A DNA stretch of 64,000 nucleotides, taken from NCBI GenBank assembly GCA_026004415.1, contig BPJC01000003.1, positions 49,178 through 113,177 of the forward strand. The letters run 5' to 3'. Position 1 is the first letter of the stretch; each line of letters begins with the position of its first letter. This stretch comes from Patescibacteria group bacterium. GTDB taxonomy: Bacteria; Patescibacteriota; Microgenomatia; UBA1406; GWC2-37-13. Shown in pieces: positions 9,658-16,146 of this stretch. A program made the translations under genes and the position numbers. The notes beneath the pieces are model-generated. The model did no database searches. It had not been told where the DNA came from and worked only from the letters and a program-made list of their open reading frames with translations.

Positions 9658-10164
9658 GCCTTTTAGTTCCTAACTTTCGATGCCGTTTTTTACTTATAGT
9701 TAGCCTTTTAGTTCCTAACTTTCGATGGATGTGGTTGCTATTCCTTGCCTTTTAGTTCCTAACTTTCGATGTATTTTTTTTCTTTTTTTGGCCTTTTAGT
9801 TCCTAACTTTCGATGGTGTGGTTGCTATTCCTTGCCTTTTAGTTCCTAACTTTCGATGTATTTTTTTTCTTTTTTTGGCCTTTTAGTTCCTAACTTTCGA
9901 TGTAAATTTGTCGTTTTTTTGCCTTTTAGTTCCTAACTTTCGATGGGCACAGGGACACTATTTGCCTTTTAGTTCCTAACTTTCGATGTCTTGCTGTCGT
10001 TTGATTGGCCTTTTAGTTCCTAACTTTCGATGAACAAGTCCAATAAAACTAGCCTTTTAGTTCCTAACTTTCGATGGGAGTTATTATTATGTTTCGCCTT
10101 TTAGTTCCTAACTTTCGATGAAAAGAAAGATTTTATCAAGCCTTTTAGTTCCTAACTTTCGATG
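9658..10164 (-). CRISPR. CRISPR array: 12 identical 25-nt repeats, 11 spacers of 18-20 nt
   Basis: Repeat on + strand is GCCTTTTAGTTCCTAACTTTCGATG, starting at 9658, 9703, 9747, 9791, 9834, 9878, 9921, 9964, 10008, 10052, 10096 and 10140. Minus-strand transcription is inferred: there is no leader room on the low side (tatD stop is 4 nt away), and a minus-strand promoter abuts the repeat at 10164. Confidence 0.97.
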
Positions 10165-10193
10165 AGTATAACAAATTTAGATTTTTGTGTCAA
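10165..10193 (-). promoter_or_regulatory. Candidate sigma70-type promoter driving the CRISPR array (minus strand)
   Basis: Minus strand reads TTGACA (10193-10188), a 17-nt spacer ending TGT, then TATACT (10170-10165), directly abutting the terminal repeat. The predicted start falls ~6-8 nt into that repeat. Confidence 0.55.
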
Positions 10194-10211
10194 GTTTTAC
10201 AAAATTTATAA

Positions 10212-10241
10212 TTGACATTTATCTATTAGAAATTCTATAAT
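10212..10241 (+). promoter_or_regulatory. Candidate sigma70-type promoter for cas1
   Basis: TTGACA (10212-10217), 18 nt, TATAAT (10236-10241), located 44 nt upstream of the cas1 GTG. Confidence 0.5.
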
Positions 10242-10284
10242 TTTAGATAGATTTTTAGTTTTCAATATTTATTTTTTTCAGTTA

Positions 10285-11316
10285 GTGAAAATATCAAAAT
10301 ATTTTATTTGGTTACCTTATTTGACCAAAATTAAGGTATATCCAAGTTCAGTTTATTTTGAGTTTAAGGGAGGAGATCTTAAAATTGAATGGTCTAGAAT
10401 TCACTCTATTATGATCTACGGTAGTTCTGTTGATCTTCCTCATGATTTTTTAGACAAATGTTCTTTTTACAAAATCCCGATAGTTTTGCATAGAAGAAAT
10501 GTTGTAAGAGCTGTTTTTATTGCTCCTTGTCTTTCTGGAGATTCTGAGGATATTTTAAGTAAACAGATTTGTTTTAGAGATAACTATAAAAAAAGAGCAT
10601 ATATTGCAAAAAGGTTGCTTTTGGCCAAATTCAAAAGTATGTCTTGGCTTGTGCCTTATCGAAAAGATTATTTATATGGTGTTTCTGATATTGATAAGAT
10701 GGTTTCTTTTGAGGCGCATCACTCTAGAAGGTATTGGAAAGAATATTTTGGTTTATTAGGCAGTAGTTCCAGCAGAAGAGATTCAGATTCAGATTATAAG
10801 AAGGTTTTAGATGCTATTTCTAAGTTTGTCTCTGGTGTTTTGTTAAGATGGGTTGTTTATCATAATTTGAGTCCTTATCATGGATTCATTCATAAGCCTA
10901 ATGACTATCCTTCTTTAGTTTATGATCTTATGGAACCATATAGAGGTTATTTTGATAGGGTAGCTTTTGGTGTCTTTAAAAAAGTTAGTGATGCTGGCAT
11001 TGATAAAAAAAGGTGCCTTGGCCTTGCGATAGAGGAGATAAAAGAGTTTTTAGATATTAAGGTTTATGTTTCTGCAACAAGGCAAGTTGTTAAGTTTAAA
11101 GAGTTGTTGCATGGTGTAGTTATTGCTTTAAGATCTTATCTGTTAGGCAATACAAGAAGGTTTGTTGTTCCTTTGCCCAGCAAGCCAAAAGGTGGAAGAC
11201 CTGTTAATGCAGGTTATAAGCTTTATGGAGGTAACGCTGGTATTACTAATTTTTGGCCTGATACTAAAGAGTTGGCCTATAATTTTGAAAAAATATTCTT
11301 TGTTTCAGATCTGTAG
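10285..11316 (+). CDS. cas1: CRISPR-associated endonuclease Cas1 (stand-alone; no cas2/cas4 partner)
   Basis: 343 aa; EAHHSRRYWKEYF and YHGFIHKPNDYPSLVYDLMEPYR match the Cas1 catalytic H / D-x-x-E-P-(F/Y)-R blocks. Adjacent to the array. GTG start. Confidence 0.9.
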   Translation: MKISKYFIWLPYLTKIKVYPSSVYFEFKGGDLKIEWSRIHSIMIYGSSVDLPHDFLDKCSFYKIPIVLHRRNVVRAVFIAPCLSGDSEDILSKQICFRDNYKKRAYIAKRLLLAKFKSMSWLVPYRKDYLYGVSDIDKMVSFEAHHSRRYWKEYFGLLGSSSSRRDSDSDYKKVLDAISKFVSGVLLRWVVYHNLSPYHGFIHKPNDYPSLVYDLMEPYRGYFDRVAFGVFKKVSDAGIDKKRCLGLAIEEIKEFLDIKVYVSATRQVVKFKELLHGVVIALRSYLLGNTRRFVVPLPSKPKGGRPVNAGYKLYGGNAGITNFWPDTKELAYNFEKIFFVSDL

Positions 11317-14300
11317 CCAACTTATATTTTTTATTGTTTTGTTTTTTAAGAATTCGATAGTTTCTTTGAATGTATCTTTTGATTCATCTTTAGTTTGATT
11401 TTGGTTTCTAAGAAGCATTGTATAACCTCTAACTGCCATAATAAAAGATGCTTGTTTGTCTGCGTCAGCTATGAAGTTGCAGTCTGAGTTTGGACAGATA
11501 AATAAAAAGCTGTTTCCTCTTTTGTTTTTTAAATCATATATTTTTTGTAGGTTATTGTTGTCTTTGTTTGTTTGGATCAGACTTGAACTGCTTTTGTTAA
11601 GAGGAGGTCTTGCAAAGTCCTTGACTATTTTTTGAAACTCTTTCAATGCATTTTTGTTATTGCCAATCTTTGGTATATTTTGGCTGTATGCTTTTAAGGT
11701 TTTGTTCCCTATTGTGATTTTTAGTAAATGTTTGTTTTCTGGGTTTGATTCTATTTTAATGTCTTTTAGGTCGTCTTTACTTATTTCATATAAACTAGTT
11801 TTACATTTGGCGCAGGTATAGCTTGAGGCATATGCGCTGACATGTTTGCCTGGGTATTTACTTCTTTTTCCCCAGATGTGTTCGTGAAGGTTATTGTTTT
11901 CTTGATATACGTCAGATTTTTTTACTGTATTATAGATTTTTGTTGTTCTGCCACTGCCAGTTTCAAAATTACTTATTGAGTATTCGTAGATAATATAGCT
12001 TGGTTTATATTTTAAAATAAGATTGTGAATTTTGTTTCTTAATGAACCAGCGGCATTTTCTCTTACTTGAGCAACTTTGTCACTTTTGTTTTTAAATAGT
12101 CCTTTTCTAGCTTGTTGTTGAATTAGTTGGAAGTTGTCTTTAATTTTGCCTATGTTGGGCTCTATTATAAAGTCTGATTCAAGAATTTCAACCTCTTGGT
12201 CGTTTACTTTAATTACTGAGTAAGCCAATCCATACTCTCCAACATCTATGCCTATTATGGGTCTGTTTAGAGATTCTGGCGCTTTTTGAATTTGTAATAA
12301 ACTTCTGTCGGGATTCTGTAATGGTTCTATATTAAAAGGTATGCTAATGTAAAGTCTGTTTTTATCTCTATTAGTTGGTGTGAATGTTGGTACTTTTTTA
12401 TTTAGATCCCAGATTATTTTGTATTCTTTCTCAAGTATCAAGCTCCACTCACCTAATTTAATTTTATGACTTTGCCAGCTTTTAGGTTTATATAGAAATC
12501 TATCTAAAAATTGGATTTGATAGTATGATGAGTTTATTTTTAATGCATTTGACAGTTGTTCTTCAGATATTTTGCTGTCTGTTATTTGGTTTTTTATGAG
12601 GTTGAGCGCTTTTGTTGATTTGTTTCCTGAATTTTTGGTAAATGTTATTACATAGTTATGCTTATTTGCAACTATGTCTTTTAGGTTTGGCTTGTCTTGG
12701 TTAAGGAGGTCGGAAATTAAAAATAGTTTGTATTTTTTGTCTATAGCTATAAATTGACAGGTGTATTTTGCTGTGTATAGTTCTTGGGTATAGATTGTTG
12801 CAAAGCCTTTTATTTCAGATAGAATAAGAGACTGGAGCAGGTAGTTGTACTCATTTTTGGTTATTTGCTGGCTTTTTATAAGTTTAAGATATGTGTTTGC
12901 TTTTGTGAATGAGTCTGGTATTTTTAGGTCGTTTTTATTGATTATTTCTATTTTTGAGAGCTTGATAAGTTTTGATATTAGATGTCTAGATAAGTCTAAA
13001 AAGTCAAGCAACTGTTCTTTGTTTTTTAATATTTCTGTTGGGTCCTGTTTTATTAAGGATAATAGTTCGTCTATTAGTTGTTTAAAGATTTTGTTTGGTT
13101 GACCGTTTATGTTTATTGTTTTTTGTGTGCCTTTGGCATATTCGCTTTTGTAAAAACAAATATGATTTAATCTATTATTTTTAATAATATCTTTAATCAC
13201 TGGTGCAGTTTTTATTAGTATTCTTGTATAACTTTCTTTGTAATACTGGCTGTTTACAGAGTTTGTTTTTAATTTATTTAATATAAAATTGAGTGTTTTT
13301 CTTAATTCTATTTCATCGTTGAGTTTTTCTATGTCAATTGAGTCAAAGATTAGTTTAAGGTGCTTTAATATAAATTCAGTTCCGGTTTCAATAGTTTCAA
13401 TGGTGTTTTTAAAGATTTTTTCATTGTTTTTTAGAATTACAGTACCGTAAAAACTTGCTGGTCTATATATATTGTTGAAGTATCTTTTTATAAGATGCTC
13501 TGATTCTTCGTTGTTGTCTGATATTTTTTGAAAGTAAAAGTTTGCTTTTTTCTTTAGTTCTGAAATTAGATTTTGAATAACTTCATTTTGTTCTGGGTGT
13601 TGAAGAGTATTCGGGTTGTTTTCTATTATTTCAAGTATTTGTTTCGCTTGTCTACTCACTTCTGTTTTTTGATCTGTTTGATCATCTTGATTGTTGTCTA
13701 TCTCTTTTATAAGTTCTTTAAGGTTGTTTTTGAATTGAGTTGTTTGTTCTATTATGTCTTTTTGTCTTTTTAACATATTACTTATCCAGCTTTTTATTTT
13801 GCCAAAGTTTATTCTATACTCAGACCAGCTATTTATTTCAGGCATAGTAGGTTTCTCTAATTTTTTTGATTGATTAGATAAGTACTCCAGCGCCTTTAGT
13901 ACTTGTTCTTGTTCTTCTTGTTGATATTTATAGATTTTGTTGATTGCTTCAAAGATTTCTGTTGTTCTGTTTTTTTGTAAACTAGTTAAAACTTTGCCGT
14001 AATAGTTTGCCATGCCATTAAAGTTGTCATCTGTTAGAACAATGCTGATTAGTACTTTTTCTATATCGTTAGTTTTTATGTTAATTTTTTCTTTTAACCA
14101 CAACTTTCTTATCTCAATTAGCTGTTCTATAGTTATGTCTTTTTCTTGGGTTATAAGTTCTGGGATTATAATAAATGTCAGTTTATCATATGGTTTGTCT
14201 GGTCTGAGATCATCTAATAATGATTTTTTAAGATCAAATTGTTGTTCCCAGAATTTTATTTGTTCTAAATTGTTCAGCTTAAGTTTTCCTTTTTCGTTAA

Positions 14301-14877
14301 AAAAGGATTCTACTATGAATTCTATAATTTCATTAGCTTGTGGTTGAATAGTTTTGTTTTTTTCATCAGTTATTTGATCTTTTTTTAGTATTTTTAAAAG
14401 CCTATTTTTGAATGATTTTTTAGTTGTTGTTGGTCTCACAGATTCAGACATTAGAATTTCATTAAATATTCCTTCATATGTAAATGTTTGTAGTAATTTA
14501 GAAGATGATTTAGTTATTATTTTTTCAATCAGAGAGTTTTCTTTTAGTATATATTGTTGTGTAAATCCGATAATGGCATTGCCTGATGATTGCCAGATAA
14601 CACCTGCTTTTAAAGAGTCTATCCAGAAGTCAATTATTGTATAAAAATTATGGTTATTGTTATAGTATTGGTAATAGTCATTTAAATTTACGCAACCTCG
14701 GATTTTTAAATCGTCTTTTACAATCGCTGTGGATATTTTTTCTATAAGTTCTTGATTGGTTAAGTTCTTTGAGTATGTTTCAAGTGGATATTTTATGCTT
14801 CTTATAACTGGTTTTTGAGATAATTGTAGTCTTTTCTGATGTAGTTTATAACCTGTGTTTATAAACTTCCTGCTCAC
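11305..14877 (-). CDS. cas12d: Type V single-effector nuclease, Cas12d/CasY-like (1190 aa)
   Basis: - RuvC-I: PIIGIDVGEYGLAY (D878, nt 12244-12246).
- RuvC-II: YIIYEYSISNFE (E965, nt 11983-11985).
- RuvC-III: ADADKQASFIMA (D1140, nt 11458-11460).
- Cys4 insertion: CAKC (1022/1025) ... CPNSDC (1128/1133).
- No HNH. The first ~870 aa have no motif I recognise.
- N-terminal GYKLHQKRLQ...SIKYPL and C-terminal RGNSFLFICP...ADADKQAS resemble CasY proteins as I remember them.
- GTG start immediately after an in-frame TAA. Confidence 0.9.
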   Translation of the reverse strand: MSRKFINTGYKLHQKRLQLSQKPVIRSIKYPLETYSKNLTNQELIEKISTAIVKDDLKIRGCVNLNDYYQYYNNNHNFYTIIDFWIDSLKAGVIWQSSGNAIIGFTQQYILKENSLIEKIITKSSSKLLQTFTYEGIFNEILMSESVRPTTTKKSFKNRLLKILKKDQITDEKNKTIQPQANEIIEFIVESFFNEKGKLKLNNLEQIKFWEQQFDLKKSLLDDLRPDKPYDKLTFIIIPELITQEKDITIEQLIEIRKLWLKEKINIKTNDIEKVLISIVLTDDNFNGMANYYGKVLTSLQKNRTTEIFEAINKIYKYQQEEQEQVLKALEYLSNQSKKLEKPTMPEINSWSEYRINFGKIKSWISNMLKRQKDIIEQTTQFKNNLKELIKEIDNNQDDQTDQKTEVSRQAKQILEIIENNPNTLQHPEQNEVIQNLISELKKKANFYFQKISDNNEESEHLIKRYFNNIYRPASFYGTVILKNNEKIFKNTIETIETGTEFILKHLKLIFDSIDIEKLNDEIELRKTLNFILNKLKTNSVNSQYYKESYTRILIKTAPVIKDIIKNNRLNHICFYKSEYAKGTQKTININGQPNKIFKQLIDELLSLIKQDPTEILKNKEQLLDFLDLSRHLISKLIKLSKIEIINKNDLKIPDSFTKANTYLKLIKSQQITKNEYNYLLQSLILSEIKGFATIYTQELYTAKYTCQFIAIDKKYKLFLISDLLNQDKPNLKDIVANKHNYVITFTKNSGNKSTKALNLIKNQITDSKISEEQLSNALKINSSYYQIQFLDRFLYKPKSWQSHKIKLGEWSLILEKEYKIIWDLNKKVPTFTPTNRDKNRLYISIPFNIEPLQNPDRSLLQIQKAPESLNRPIIGIDVGEYGLAYSVIKVNDQEVEILESDFIIEPNIGKIKDNFQLIQQQARKGLFKNKSDKVAQVRENAAGSLRNKIHNLILKYKPSYIIYEYSISNFETGSGRTTKIYNTVKKSDVYQENNNLHEHIWGKRSKYPGKHVSAYASSYTCAKCKTSLYEISKDDLKDIKIESNPENKHLLKITIGNKTLKAYSQNIPKIGNNKNALKEFQKIVKDFARPPLNKSSSSLIQTNKDNNNLQKIYDLKNKRGNSFLFICPNSDCNFIADADKQASFIMAVRGYTMLLRNQNQTKDESKDTFKETIEFLKNKTIKNISWLQI

Positions 14878-14897
14878 TTAATTAAAAAAATTTTTGT

Positions 14898-14971
14898 GAG
14901 CCTTTGCAGTAAAAGGCAACGATTTACAAAAATGTAAATCGGGAAACCGCAAAGGCTCTGAGTTAGGAACT
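14898..14971 (-). ncRNA. Candidate scoutRNA/tracr-like RNA with repeat-complementary segments
   Basis: - Perfect 10-bp long-range stem: GAGCCTTTGC (14898-14907) / GCAAAGGCTC (14949-14958).
- Inner 8-bp hairpin: GATTTACA-AAAA-TGTAAATC (14921-14940).
- AGTTAGGAACT (14961-14971) is the exact reverse complement of repeat positions 8-18.
- TAAAAGGC (14910-14917) is the reverse complement of repeat positions 1-8.
- Minus strand chosen because of the promoter at 14980-15007 and a downstream U-tract. Strand is not proven. Confidence 0.6.
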
Positions 14972-14979
14972 CAATTAAT

Positions 14980-15007
14980 TTTATATCATATTATTTTAAA
15001 TTGTCAA
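14980..15007 (-). promoter_or_regulatory. Candidate promoter for the anti-repeat RNA / cas12d transcript
   Basis: Minus strand reads TTGACA (15007-15002), a 16-nt spacer ending TGA, then TATAAA (14985-14980). The predicted start is ~14971-14974, at the first anti-repeat segment. Confidence 0.5.
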
Positions 15008-15030
15008 TATTGTATAATGTATACAGGTGT

Positions 15031-15969
15031 ATGAAAGATAAAAATTTTTTAGTTAGTGTTGTGATCCCTGTTTACAATGAAGAACAGGCTTTGCCTAAAT
15101 TGTTTCCTCGTCTTTTGCCTATATTGGAAAAATACAATTATGAGTTGATATTTGTTGATGATGGATCTAAAGATGCTTCTGTTGAGATTATCAAGGAAAA
15201 GGCAAGGTCTAATCCAAGAATAAAGTTAATCTCTTTTCAGAGAAATTTTGGACATCAGATGGCTTTAACCTGTGGCTATGATAATTGTAGAGGTGATTGT
15301 GTTATAACTTTAGATGCTGATTTGCAAGATCCTCCTGAACTTATAGATAAAATGATTGTTAAATGGCAGGAAGGTTACGATATTGTTTATGGTCAACGGT
15401 TGGATCGTCAGACTGATTCTTTTTTCAAAAGAACTACCGCAGATTATTTTTATAAGTTTATGAATTATTTATCTGATGTAAAAATCCCTGAACATGTTGC
15501 TGATTTTAGACTTTTGGATAAAAAGGTTGTTGTTTTTTTGAAAACTTTAAAAGAACGATCAAGGTTTTTGAGAGGTTTAGTCGTTTGGCCTGGTTTCAGA
15601 TCTACTGTAGTGCGTTATAAAAGAGAAAAGAGATCTGCAGGTACTACACATTATAGTTTGAGGAAAATGTTTGCTTTTGCTTTTGAAGGTATTATCTCTT
15701 TTTCTACGCGACCTTTGCAGTTGGCTACTTATTTGGGCTTTATAAGCGCTTTTCTAGGTTTTATTGGCATAGTGTATGCTGTTATTGGTAAGTTTGTTTT
15801 TTCTCATTACTGGGTTACCGGCTGGACTGCTTTGTTTGTGAGCATTATGTTTATGGGCGGTGTTCAGCTTATTGCAATAGGTATAATAGGAGAGTATGTT
15901 GGAAAGATTTATAAAGAAGTTCAGCAAAGACCTTTGTATTTAATAAAAGAAAAGGTAAATTTTGATTAA
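15031..15969 (+). CDS. GT2 polyprenyl-phosphate glycosyltransferase (GtrB/ArnC/DPM1-like)
   Basis: VSVVIPVYNEE, FVDDGSKD and LDADLQDPPE are GT2 motifs, plus two C-terminal TM helices typical of lipid-carrier-charging GT2 enzymes. ATG 15031 preferred to the track TTG 15001. An extended -10 TGTATAAT lies at 15011-15018. Confidence 0.85.
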   Translation: MKDKNFLVSVVIPVYNEEQALPKLFPRLLPILEKYNYELIFVDDGSKDASVEIIKEKARSNPRIKLISFQRNFGHQMALTCGYDNCRGDCVITLDADLQDPPELIDKMIVKWQEGYDIVYGQRLDRQTDSFFKRTTADYFYKFMNYLSDVKIPEHVADFRLLDKKVVVFLKTLKERSRFLRGLVVWPGFRSTVVRYKREKRSAGTTHYSLRKMFAFAFEGIISFSTRPLQLATYLGFISAFLGFIGIVYAVIGKFVFSHYWVTGWTALFVSIMFMGGVQLIAIGIIGEYVGKIYKEVQQRPLYLIKEKVNFD

Positions 15970-15971
15970 AT

Positions 15972-16136
15972 ATGTCTGTTTTTAGGGTTATTGCAAAGTT
16001 TAGATGGCTATTTTTGGTTGTTGGTTTAATCCTGTTTGCTTATTTTGTTTTTAAGTATATAAATCAGGATAAACAGTTTCTGTCTCCTGTGCCTATTGAG
16101 AATGATATTAAGGTTATTCAATTGAAGGGGTCTTAA
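15972..16136 (+). CDS. Possible small single-pass membrane protein (54 aa)
   Basis: ATG ORF MSVFRVIAKFRWLFLVVGLILFAYFVFKY... lies 2 nt after the GT2 stop, below the track length cut-off. Only the ORF, TM segment and tight spacing support it. Confidence 0.3.
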   Translation: MSVFRVIAKFRWLFLVVGLILFAYFVFKYINQDKQFLSPVPIENDIKVIQLKGS

Positions 16137-16146
16137 TTTTTTTGTT

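Noticed and set aside
11162-11398. 78-aa plus-strand ORF at the cas1/cas12d junction, considered as a candidate Cas2.
   Set aside because: It is an alternative frame of the cas1 3' end running into the antisense of the cas12d 3' end. It is hydrophobic and low complexity, with no ferredoxin-like Cas2 pattern.
12845-14644. Four plus-strand ORFs (12845, 13573, 14012, 14408) inside the effector gene, considered as possible hidden small cas genes or anti-CRISPR-like genes.
   Set aside because: All lie fully antisense within the uninterrupted 1190-aa ORF. They are Phe/Ile/Leu/Ser-rich, as expected from reading an A-rich coding strand backwards, and have no motifs.
14961-14971. Whether the 11-nt anti-repeat is just a degenerate orphan CRISPR repeat or a chance palindrome effect. 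The repeat core AGTT-CCT-AACT has self-complementary arms.
   Set aside because: This is only partly dismissed. Because the arms are palindromic, 8 of the 11 positions would also match in the direct orientation. However, the central triplet is complementary (AGG vs CCT). A second 8-nt segment matching the adjacent repeat end, a perfect 10-bp stem and a promoter all co-occur. I therefore kept it as a finding rather than discarding it as an orphan repeat.
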